A DNA stretch of 64,000 nucleotides from NCBI GenBank assembly GCA_964016885.1, contig OZ024743.1, forward strand, positions 220,472,001 to 220,536,000, written 5' to 3'. Positions 53,241 to 64,000 of this stretch are shown piece after piece. Origin of the DNA: Eledone cirrhosa. Lineage: Eukaryota. Both the position numbers and the translations under genes were made by a program. The notes under the pieces were generated by a model. That model was not told the DNA's origin. It made no database searches and saw nothing but the letters and a program-made list of their open reading frames with translations. Within the stretch, counting starts at the first letter, position 1; each line of letters begins with the position of its first letter.

Positions 53241-53849
53241 GCGAAACTAATGATTCATGATATTAGTATTGACATTAGTATTCGTGTTAATAGAATGGTG
53301 GTTTCTACAGGTTAATGGACGCAGCCTAACTGAATGCTTTTTAATAATCGTATTTAAGACTATTCAACAGAATTCGTAATATGATCAGCTTGTCCTCCCT
53401 CAGCCCCGGCGGACAGAATGGAGAAGGCGTTTCCCGGTGTACGGCAAGGGAGACGCGCTGGAAAAGCCACTTCAACTGGCCGGGCTCACACCTACGGCTG
53501 GCGAGCTCAGCGCCTATGGTGGTGAGTAGGGAGGTATCCCTAGGGCCGAGGGCACCAGAAGTCTCCGCTGCCAGGGGTACGACCGCAAACCTGTCGGAGA
53601 GCGACCGGTATTTGAGGAGTTTGGCAGCAGAATAATGGTCCTGTTATTTGGTGGTGCTGGAACTAGTGCTAGTATTGAGAACAGCTACAGTGGTTTTAGT
53701 GGCGGAGATGGGGAGGATAGTAATGTCGCTTTCAATAATGATGCTGCTGGTGGTGGGGATTGTGTTGGCGGTAGTGTTGGCTGTGTTTTGTTGTTGTTTT
53801 TGTGGTGGTGTGTTGTTATTTCTAATGGTGGTAGCAGTTATGGTTGTGG

Positions 53850-54300
53850 TGGGGGAGGTGGAATTACGTAGTGGTGATGGTGATGGTGGAGGAGGTGGAA
53901 TTACTTAGTGGTGGTGGTGGTGGATGTAGAATTACATAGTGGGAGGTGGAGGAGGTGGAATTACGTAGTGGTGGTGGTGGTGGTGGATGTAGAATTACTT
54001 TGTGGTGGTGGAGGATGCGGAATTACTTAGTGTTAGCGATGGTGGAGAAGGTGGAATTATTTTGTGGTGGTGGTGGAGGATATGGCATTACAGTGGTAGT
54101 GGTGGTGGTGGAGAAGGTGGAATTACTTAGTGGTGGTGGAGGAGGCGGAATTACTTAGTGTTAGTGGTGGGGGAGAAGGTGGAATTACTTTGTGGTGGTG
54201 GTGGAGGATATGGAATTACATAGTGGTGGTGGAGAAGGTGGAATTACTTTGTGGTGGTGGTGGTGGTGGTGGAGGATATGGAGTGACATAGTGGTGGTGG
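53850..54300. repeat. ~25-35-bp minisatellite (GGAGGTGGAATTACTTAGTGGTGGT)
   Basis: About 14 GAATTAC-anchored units. Confidence 0.85.
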
Positions 54301-54649
54301 TAGTGGTGGTCTTATTAATGGAGGTAATGACATTTATGATATGAATGTTGTTGTTATTCCTAGTAGTGGCGGTGATAAGGGTAGTGGTACATTGGTGGCT
54401 GGAGAGATGATGAGTGCGTTGTCGGCAGCGTAGCGTTGTCCTGTGACGCAGGCGTAATGTCATATAGTAGGGGATTACTGATGCAGTAAAGACTCTGGCA
54501 AGACACGCTTTGAGAGATCAAAAGATAAAGAGAGAATCGAGGTGTTTTACTCGGTAAATACTTCAATTATAGGGGAATAATCTCATTTCTCCTCAACAGA
54601 GAGAGAGAGGGAGAGAGAGAGAGAGAGGCAGAGAGAGGGAGAGAGATAG

Positions 54650-54682
<33 letters not shown>

Positions 54683-57600
54683 TGTTTCTTTATTAGCCAC
54701 AGGGGCACAAAAGAAGGGGACAAATACAAAGGGGGAAGTTTACATACAATAAAAACGTGTAAAATGTTATCACAAATGGAATTTAAAAAGTTAGTCGATT
54801 TTCCCCAATAGAGGGAGACAGTTTATATGGGTAACACATACCCCCGAAAAAAAATGTGCAACCCTCATCTCCAGGAGTACGAAGAGTTTGTACTCCTTTC
54901 CTCTCCTCCTCCTTTTCCTCAACCTACAGGCTGATATAGAGAGAAGACCCATTCACTCGGGCCATTCTCGCCACTTTCACCCACCTTTCATAAAACTTGC
55001 TGGGGTACAACACCTCTCTCTCCATCCTGATTCTTCTTCCAAAGTGGTATTTGGGTGAGTGCAAACACCTTGGCCGTCACTTCGTTCCAGTTCTTCTCCA
55101 CCTGGAGGTCCGGACCAAACCAGACCCCGAGCAGCTTTACCGGTCCTTCCGTCCAGCGTCCGACGACGCCATCGGAAGGCATCGGTTTGCCTCTCCACGA
55201 TCCGAGTTGCAAACCGATGGACTTGTCCCGGTTCAGCTTCGCTCCTGTGAAACTTTCGTATTCCTTGAGTAAGGTGGCGACTTCCTCGATTTGCGAGGCG
55301 CTCGACACCATTACTGTCACGTCGTCGGCGAAGGCCGACGCCGCTTTCCGCAGTCCCGGTTCCAGAGGGATGCCCTGCAATAGCTCCAACTTCCGCAATA
55401 GTGGCTCGAGAGTCAGTACGTACAGAAGGGAGGAGAGAGGGCATCCCTGTCGAATGGATGGCGTAATATGGAACGGCTCCGAGAGGTAGCCGTTCACCTT
55501 GACTCTTGAGCAGATGTTGCTGTTGTGCATTGCAGCAATCCAGCCCCTGAACACGGGTCCGAAGACTGCCGCCTCGAGCACCGCATCCAGGTAACGATGG
55601 TCAACCCTATCGAAAGCCTTAGACTGATCCAAGTTGATCAGGGCCCCATCGAAGCCGGGTTTACACCCTACCCTCTCTATGATGTATCGAATGAGGTGGA
55701 GGTTGTCGTGCATGGACCTGGTCGGGATTGCGCATGTCTGCGCTTCTCCCACCAGGTTCTCGACGACAAGCGCCAGCCTCTTTGCCAACACCATGGCCAA
55801 AATCTGTAACTCTGTGTTTAGCAGAGTTATGGGCCGGAAGTTGCCTATGTCATCCCCCTTATTCTCGTCCTTCCTGATTAGTGTGACCTCGCCCCCGGTT
55901 ACAGAACTGGGAATTCTCCCGTTCTGTTGCCAGTTGCAGTAGACCGCTTCCAGGAGACCGGAGAATAAGTCCGGCATTGTTACGTAAAATTCGTAGGGTA
56001 GACCGTCGAGATCTGGAGATTTGCGTTTGCCGCATTGGCTCAGCGCGTCCCCTATCTCAGTGGCTGAAATCGGCTTTTCGCAGAACTTTGCCCGGCTGTC
56101 CGAGAGTCGCGGTAGGCTGTCGAGGTATGGACCGAAATCCATAGCCTCTCCCGCCCCCCCCCCTAACAGCTGAGCAAAGTGCCGCTGAAAAGCCGCACAC
56201 ATCTGCTTCGGCTCACGTATCACGCGTCCGTTTTGGTCCTTCAAAGACCGAATCGTGGACTTGTTGCCACTTTTTGCCTCCGTCACTCGGGCCCAGCTAA
56301 CAGCTTTGGCTCCCTCATTTCCCAGAGCACGTATTTTGCTTCTGACAACGAAGCCATCATACTTTGCGTCGAAGAACTGGTCCAAGGCCCCTTCTCGTCG
56401 CTAGCACGCTGGCCACATTGCCACTCCTAAGTGCCTCTTCTACTTTATCTACGAGTTCCTTTTCAGTCTTATTTCTATCTAACACTAATTCTTTACTAAA
56501 ACCTATCGAGTCTAATCTAACTGCCCTCTTGAGAGAGTACCACCATCTGTTGTTGACAATGGCCCACGTCAAGTGCTGCTTAGCTAAAGTGCTAATCCGT
56601 CTACTGTAGGCTTTGCATGTCGGTAACAAGTTCAGATTCCAGTAGCCGGATCCCTGTCTATGGATTTTTGTCAAGGTTGTCTAAGCAGGTCACTAATTTG
56701 TGATCTGAATAGGCAACTATGAACATTTGTGGACAGCTTAACATGTCCCTATCCTTCTTTCTAACTAGAACCCTATCTAGGTACGATCTAGATGTTCCGC
56801 TACGATTAGTCCACGTCCACAGTGGCACAGTCGAAAATTTAGTCGATATCTATCGGTCAGGTCAAATCGGCTGATTAACTGTTTGAGGCTGTTACACCCC
56901 CCTCTATCGGGACATGCTCCCACATAGTCCCAACGTGCATCTAGGCTTCCATTCCAGTCCCCCACTAACAGCAGAGAGCAGGACGTTCCCAGAAAAATCT
57001 CTAGACGTTTGAAGAAGTCTGGCCGCGGTGTCCCGGATGGGGCATATGCGGCCACCAGCTTGAAGGCTCCACCTTCAGTACCGTCAACGTCTAGGACCAC
57101 CAGTCGACCCTCCGGGTCCAGTTGTACCGTCTGTGTTACGAGGTCCAGGTGTTTCCGCAGCAAAACGGTAACCCCAACCCCACCTCCCGGCTGACAGAAA
57201 GATGCGTAGATCTCAAAGTCGTCGAAGATGGTGGCCAGTTGTCGCTCGCTGTGGATCCTGGACTCGTAAATGGCTATTACATCCATACTGTGCGACCTGA
57301 GGTCGTTTAAGCGTTTACCCTGTTTCCAGGGCATCCCCAGGCCGCGTACATTCCCACATCCAACTCTTATATTGGCTATGTTAGTGCTGAAAAGTTAAAA
57401 GAAGAGGGAAATAAATCACTCACCTCTTCGTCTCCTGGGGACCAGGCTGCCCAATTTCCATGGGGGTGTTGGGGGCGTTGTTTGGTGAGGTGGTGGTCTC
57501 TGGCAGGGTGGGGACGGAGATATTTGGTGGGGAGGGGCTGCCAGGTGGGGTGGGGGTGTCTGGGGTGGGAGTGTCTGGGGTGGGGAAACATTTCAAAAGG

Positions 57601-58203
57601 ACGTGGTTATAGGGTTTGACGCAGGGGTTACCTACGTCGTTCGGAAATTAAAATGATTAGGATATCCATGGATATCCTAATCATTTTAAGATTAGGATTC
57701 TCCGAAGAGTGTGTAAAAGTTTTCCCTTCGGTCTCCACCGAAGGGTTTATATATATGGTGTCTGTTAAAGTTTTATTGTATTTATGTAGGTGTAACATTT
57801 TTGTTATGTTGTGTTGCTTTTTTTCTGTGGTTCTTGTGTGGGTTTACGTTTTGTAGTAGGTGCTTTGTTTTCAGGAGGGGGTGTTTTTGTTTGTGCTGTT
57901 TGCGTCGCTTGTATTGGTGTTTGTGTGTTTGTTGCATTTTTGTTTGTGTTATGTCTTTTCTTTTTTCTTTTTAGTGGTCGGAAAGGCTCTCCCTCATGAG
58001 GCCTCATCCGTGTTATTGGGGAGGGGTACATTTTGGGGAACTGTTATGTGTGTGGGTGTTTCTGGAGTTGTTTTAGGTGGGAAGGGGTTGGGTGGGACTG
58101 TGTTTGCAGTTTGGTTTGTTTTTGTGTGTTGTTGTTGTTGTGGTGGTGGTGGTGGTTGTATTGCTGTGTTGGGTGTCGGCAGTAGTGCCTTTTTTTAATG
58201 CAG
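54683..58203 (-). mobile_element. L1-Tx1 LINE copy C: partial ORF1, ORF2 (APE plus RT) with C-terminal deletion, 3' UTR
   Basis: AYAPS, GDWN, SDH, KSPDLDGLP, NFRPITLLN, LDQSKAFDRVDH, IRQGCPLS and FADD motifs. Frameshifts present. The 3' end AATAAAGAAACA abuts (TATC)n. Confidence 0.93.
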
Positions 58204-59365
58204 TTAATAGAGGGGAGGCGGCTTGATCGTTACAATAGACTCAGTGGTCAAACGGATCGGTCCCACCCTTGACAGCAGTTGTTCGACATAGCCCCACAGA
58301 TCGGCAATGCCTGAGCAGTGTACCAATGCGAGTGCAACGATTTCCTCGTCGCACACGCATCTGGGACAGATGTTTTTCGAGGGGTCCCTACCCGGGCGCC
58401 CGTGTCTGTAGAGCATTTCTCGAACGGGCAGAGCCCCTCGGTAGCACTGCCAGGCCAGGGACCTCTGGAAGTTATCCATGGGCCCCGGGCTGAATGTCCT
58501 ACCGAACAGGTTGGCCAGTTCGTCTTCCTCCATGCCTAGGGCTTCTCCGAGGGCGTCGTCGCACCTGCTAACCACCAGCCCTCTATAGAATGACGAGGTG
58601 GATTCTCCACTGACAGCCGGGTCCGCCTGCCAGAGAGCCGTGAGCGCCTGGGCAAACTCGGTGTGCCAGGCGCCCAGTTTTCTCGGTCTTTGCTTGACCC
58701 AGGATTGCAGCTCGGTGAGTGAGACGAGTCCGGGAAAGGCTCGCCTCACAAACGGGGCCCACACCGGTTGACCGGTGAGGAATAGCTGGAGATGCCGTAG
58801 CCTTAATGCATGTTTACGTATCATTAGCCACGGTATCCTCAGCCCTCATTTGGAAGGGTGTTGACAGCATATGGATCTCCTCACGATATGAGCCCGCTTC
58901 TTCCAAAGGAATTGGAAGAGTGCGCGCTCCATTTTGGCGAGCGTTTCCCTTGGGCAAAGCACAACGGTCAGGCGGTAGTAGATGCCGGACGCTATATAAG
59001 TGTTCGCCACCTCCGCCCGACCTTTCAGGGACAGTTTGCACTCGGCCCACTTCTGGTCAGTGCAAACACCCTGTTCGTTACCTCACCCCAGTTCTTCTCC
59101 ACCTGGAGGTCTGGTCCGAACCAGACCCCGAGCAACTTCACCGGGCCCTCCGTCCAGCGCTCGACGACGCCATCGGAGGGCATCGACCTGCCCCTCCATG
59201 TGCAGAGTTGCAGACCGATCGACTTGTCCCGGTTCAGCTTAGCCCCTGTAAACCTTTCGTACTCCTCCAGTAAGGTGCCGATCGCCCCGATTTCCGAGGC
59301 CGTCGACACCATTACTGTTACGTCATCGGCGTAGGCCGATACCGCTTTCCGCAATCCCGGTTCCA
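58204..59365 (-). mobile_element. L1-Tx1 LINE copy B: 5'-truncated RT/zf-RVT fragment
   Basis: YADDVTV...VKLLGVWF...CPRC...HC. The 5' junction lies in (TATC)n and the 3' end is fused to ORF1 of copy C. Confidence 0.9.
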
Positions 59366-59639
59366 GATAGATAGATAGATATATTTTTTTATTTACCATA
59401 AAGGTATAAAAAGAAGGGACAAATACAAAGGGGGAGTTTACATGAAACCGAGTAAAAAGGGTATAAAATGAAAATAATCAAAAACAACCTCAAAAGGGAG
59501 GGGACGTGATGGGGGTTGCACCCCCCCCCCCGAAAAAGTGTGCAATCCTTTGCCCGGGGAGCACATGGAGAGGGTGCTCCCCTCTCCTTCACTTCTTTAC
59601 CTACAGGATGGTATACAGAGAAGGCCCATTTACACGAGC

Positions 59640-62638
59640 CTATCTCGCCACTATCACCCACCTTTCATAAAACTGCCTGTGGCCAAGCACCCCTCTCTCC
59701 ATTCTTATCCTTCTTCCGAAGTGATATCGGAAGAAGTAGACCAGACTATGGCCAGAGAGGAAGTTGCCTGACCTCAGACCTTTCAATCGTGTCCACCAAA
59801 CAACCTCTTTCAACATGGCTATTACGCACAGAAAAACCGCCTTTGCTTCCTTTGTGAAGAGGGGAGGCGGCTTGATTGTCATCACGGACTCGGCGGTCAA
59901 TCGAATCGGCGCCACCCGCGACATCAGTCGTTCGGCGTAGCCCCACAGATCAGCCACGCCCGGACAGTGCACCAATGCGTGCGCAACGGTTTCTTCGTGA
60001 CGCACGCATCTAGGGCAAATCTTTTTCGAGGGATCCCTGCCCAGGCGCCCGTGTCTGCAGAGCTTTTCTCGAACGGGTAGAGCCCCCCGGTAGCACTGCC
60101 AGGCCAGTGACTTCTGGAAGTTGTCCATTGGTCCCGGGCCAAAAGTCCTACCGAACAGGCTGGCCAGTTCGTCCTCCTCCATGTCCAGCGACTCTCCAAG
60201 GGTGTCATCGCCCATGCTAGCCACCAGCCCTCTATAGAATGACGAGGTGGATTCTCCACCGATGGCCGGGTCCGCTTGCCAGAGAGCCCTGAGCGCCTGG
60301 GCACACTCAGTGTGCCAGTCACCCAGTTTTCCGGATCTTTGCTTGACCCAGGACTGCAGCTCGGTGAGCGAGACGAGTCTCAGAAAGGCTCGTCTCACGA
60401 ACGGAGCCCACACCGGTTGACCAGTGAGGAATACCTGTAGGTGCTGTAGCCTTAATTTGTGCCTACGCATCATCAACCACGGCATCCCCAGCCCTCCTTT
60501 CGAAGGTTGATGGCAGCAGATGGATCTTCTCACCATAGGATGGCGCGTCTTCCAAAGAAATTGAAAGAGCATGCGTTCCATGGTGGTGAGTGTTTCCTTA
60601 GGGCAAGGCACGACAGTCAGGCGGTAGTAGGTGACGGACGCTATGTAAATGTTCGCCACCTCCGCCCGACCTTTCAGGGACAGCTTCCACTTGGCCCATT
60701 TCTGGGTCAGTGCAAACACCTTGTTCGTAACCTCGCCCCAGTTCTTTTCCACCTGGAGGTCCGGTTCAAACCAGACCCCAAGCAACTTCACCAGGCCCTC
60801 CGTCCAGTGTCCGACGACACCGTCGGGAGGCATCGGTCTGCCTCTCCACGTTCCGAGTTGCAGCCCGATGGATTTTTCCCGGTTCAGTTTCGCTCCTGAC
60901 AACCTTTCGTATTCCTCCAGTAAGGTACCGATCGCCTCGATCTCCGAGTCGGTCGATACCATTACTGTTACGTCATCGGCGTAGACCGACACCGCTTTGC
61001 TCAATCCTGGTTCCAGGGGGATACCCTGCAACAACTCCAACTTCCTCAGTAAAGGCTCCAGAGTCAATACGTACAGAAGGGAGGAGAGAGGGCACCCTGT
61101 CGAATAGATCGTGTGATTTCGAACGGCTTCGAAAGGTAGCCGTTCACCTTGATCCTAGAACAAGGAATTCTCCCGTTCTGCTGCCAATTGCAGTAGACCG
61201 CTTCGCGGAGTTCGGAGAAGAAGACCGGCATTGCTAAATAAAGTTCGTAAGGTATACCATCGAGACCTGGAGATTTGCGTCTGCTGCATTGGCTCAGCGC
61301 ATCCCCGATCTCATCAGCCGAGATGGTCCCTCGCAGGACTCTGCCTCTTCGCCTGAGAGACGCGGCAGGCCGTCGAGGTATGGACCAAAATCCACGTCCC
61401 AGCCCGGACCCTCGCCTCCCCCGAACAATCGGGCAAAGTGCCTTTGAAAGGCCTCGCACATCTGCTTAGGCTCCCGGATCACCCGTCCATCCTCGTCTTG
61501 CAAAGACCGGATGGTGGATCGATTTCCACTCTTAGCTTCTGTCACGCGGGCCCAGCCAACGGCTTTGGCCCCCCTTATTACCCAGAGCACATATTTTACT
61601 TTGAATGACGCAGCCTTCGTGCTTTGCATCGAAAAACTGGCTCAAGGCCGTCCTCGATGCCAGCACTCTGGCCACATCTTCGCTCTTGATTGCCTCTTCT
61701 AATTTACCTGTTAATTCTTTCTCGTTCCTAATTCTATCGGCAGCTAACATCTTGCTATAACTTATTGATTCTGTTCTAATCTCTCTTTTGAGAGATGCCC
61801 ACCATCGGTTGTTGACGATTGCACCCGCCAACCTCTCCTTAACTAATCTGCTAATCCGGTCTCTGTAAGCCTCTTTTGCCGGTAAAGACAAATCAAGTTT
61901 CCAGTAACCGGCACCCTGTCAATGTGTTCTCTCGAGGTTGACTACGCATGTCACTAATTTGTGATCTGTATAGCCAACCGTGAGCATTTCTGGACAGCTT
62001 AATATGTCCCTATCCTTACTTCTAACTAAGAATCTATCTAAGTACGATCTAGATTGACCATTGGGTTCGTCCAAGTCCAGGTTGGCACAGTTGGAAAATC
62101 TAGTCGATATCTATCGACCAAGTTAAAACGGTCGAGTAAGCCCTTGATGCTGTTACACCCCCTCTATTAGGACATGCTCCTGCATAGTCCCAACGTGCAT
62201 CTAGGATGTCATTCCAATCCCCCGCTAGAAGCAGGGAACGCGACGTTCCCAGAAAAGTCTCCAGACGCTGGAAGAAGTCGGGTCGTTCAGCTCCGAACGG
62301 GGAGTAGACGGCGACCAGTCTCAAGGCCGCACCTCCACTACTGCCAACGTCTAGCACCAACAAACGACCTTCCGGGTCCGAGTGAACAACCTGTACGGCG
62401 AGACCCAGGTGTTTTCCAGCAGTACGACAACCCCATCCCCACCTCCAGGTTGACAGAGAGATGCGTGCACCTCAAAGTCATCGAAGGTAGGGGCCAGCTG
62501 CCGCACGACGCTGATCCGAGTCTCACAGATAACCATTACATTTATACCACGTGACCTGAGGTCATTTAGAAGCTTTGCTTGCTTCCAAGTTGAGCCCAGG
62601 CCACGTGCATTCAAACATCCTACTCTTAACACATCCAT
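59640..62638 (-). pseudogene. Tx1 ORF2 (APE-RT-zf) of copy A, disrupted
   Basis: Split among several ORFs; longest intact piece is 59640-61067. Confidence 0.9.
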
Positions 62639-62761
62639 GTGGGCGGCAAAGCCAAAGGAGAGTGTAGAGACCTACCTTTCTGCTTCCCGGGTTTCGGGTC
62701 GCACAACTCCATGGGTACGGGGGTGTTGGGTGAAGAGGTGTCTTGTGGTGGTGTGGGGTCG

Positions 62762-64000
62762 TCAATGTGTGGTGGGGTTGGGGTGTTTGGAGTTGTGTTG
62801 GGGAGGGGGAAAGCTTTTTAGGAGGACGCGGTTTATGGGTTTGACAGAGGGTGGTCCTACGTCCTCCTTAAAATCCCTTTTTAGTTTTTGGTAGAGGTTC
62901 ATTGGGATCTTTATTAAGTTTAAATGTGGGTAGTTTTCTGAAGAAACAAAGTTTACCCCTTCGGTTTGTACAGAAGGGTTATTGTTTATGAGTTCATTTA
63001 ATTTATTATTGTTTCTGTTGATGTAAGTATAGTGTAATGTCTTTTTTTCGGATGGTGTGAGTGTTTCGAAGAGGGGAGGGGCAGGTTTAGTTTTGTTTGT
63101 TGCTGGAGGAGTGTTTTGTGTTTTGTTGGATTGTGTTGATATTTGGGTAGGGGCTGTTTGGCCTTGTGTGTTTTGCACATGTTTTCTTTTTTTCCTTTTA
63201 ATCTGTCTGAAGGACTCCGTTTCTTCCTCCGAATTCGTTGGGTTATCTTCAGTGTTGGAGGGAAGAGGTATGTTTGCTGGTAATGTTTCCGTGTTGGTTT
63301 TCTTTGTGGGGGAGATGGATGTCAATATGTTAGACTGTGTTGTGTGTTGTGGCTGCGGTGGTTGTGTTGTTTTATTGAGTGAGGGGTTGGGTGGGACTGT
63401 GTTTTGTTTTTGGGTAATGTGTTGTGTCTGTTTGTGTTGTGGTGGTGGTGTAATTTTACTGAGAGACGGGTTGGGTGGGACTGAGTTTTGTTGTTTGTTT
63501 ATCTGTTGTGGTGGTGGTGGAGCTGATGTTGGTAGCAGGGTTTTCTTCTTGTTGAGTTGGGGACAAGCCGCCTTCAGGTGCCCTCTGCCTGCACAGATAT
63601 GACAGGACGGCCTTCTCCCCTCCACGCTAATGTTTATATACCCGTGGCCCTCTAATAGGATTCTGTCGGGTATTTGGGCAATGCGTTCAGGCTTCATTTG
63701 CACTACAAGTTCTATACCTGTTCCACTGAACGCATTGCCTGTGGTTTTCCCAATGGAAATCACGTTGTCATTCGCTGGATCGATGAAGCCAGCTATGAGC
63801 CAGCAGTAGTCCATATCTGGCATCATCGCATCCAGCCATATGCGCTGAGTTCTTTTACCCATATAAGATGGATAAAAGGTAAAATTTGTCGAACGAATCG
63901 GCGACAAAGCATATTTTTTTGCCGCTGATTCGTTCTTCATAATAATGGCTAGGCTTCCATACAGCCTGTCTCTTCTTATGAAAGTGGCTTCATTAAGTAC
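62762..64000 (-). CDS. Tx1-type ORF1 (gag-like) with CCHC zinc knuckle and Pro/Gln/Thr-rich tail; 5' end outside window
   Basis: Contains CHICAGRGHLKAAC. The frame stays open from 63940 to the window edge (VLNEATFIRRDRLYGSLAIIM). Confidence 0.85.
   Translation of the reverse strand, partial: VLNEATFIRRDRLYGSLAIIMKNESAAKKYALSPIRSTNFTFYPSYMGKRTQRIWLDAMMPDMDYCWLIAGFIDPANDNVISIGKTTGNAFSGTGIELVVQMKPERIAQIPDRILLEGHGYINISVEGRRPSCHICAGRGHLKAACPQLNKKKTLLPTSAPPPPQQINKQQNSVPPNPSLSKITPPPQHKQTQHITQKQNTVPPNPSLNKTTQPPQPQHTTQSNILTSISPTKKTNTETLPANIPLPSNTEDNPTNSEEETESFRQIKRKKRKHVQNTQGQTAPTQISTQSNKTQNTPPATNKTKPAPPLFETLTPSEKKTLHYTYINRNNNKLNELINNNPSVQTEGVNFVSSENYPHLNLIKIPMNLYQKLKRDFKEDVGPPSVKPINRVLLKSFPPPQHNSKHPNPTTH

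Larger units (their letters stand above)
59382..64000 (-). mobile_element. L1-Tx1 LINE copy A, near full length (runs off window)
   Basis: ORF1 followed by ORF2 from 62638 (GCLNARGL, ICETR, GDWN, KSPGLDG, YADD, CPRC..ET..H..HC) with frameshifts and an internal RT deletion. 3' end at (TATC)n. Confidence 0.95.

Noticed and set aside
51396-53315. 639-aa poly-valine ORF as a membrane protein
   Set aside because: By-product of a GGT minisatellite, with a GTG start and no domain.
53850-54300. CRISPR-like repeat-spacer array
   Set aside because: Eukaryotic context, spacers are low-complexity variants of each other, and there are no cas genes.

Overview
AT-rich, microsatellite-dense animal genomic DNA. 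The tRNA-SINE content and (TA)n/(CA)n/(TACA)n load suggest a cephalopod such as octopus (inference). I cannot support any host protein-coding gene; almost all recognisable sequence is mobile DNA. It includes a complete but decayed Tigger/pogo transposon, several Tc1/mariner/pogo MITEs, and a non-autonomous LTR element nested in an RTE LINE. It also holds RTE pieces, many SINEs, three head-to-tail L1-Tx1 LINEs tied to (GATA)n, and Penelope-like element (PLE) remnants. The main hidden signal is at least 9 distinct type I hammerhead ribozyme (HHR) sequence families, about 18 copies, found by eye. They sit in short direct or inverted repeats bounded by (TA)n. Two families carry the compensatory U3-A8 core, one of them as a 321-bp retrozyme-like tandem unit. 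The second signal is the LTR primer-binding site, a 32-nt copy of tRNA-Trp whose single mismatch falls opposite m1A58. All structures and coordinates were read manually and no folding or database search was run.
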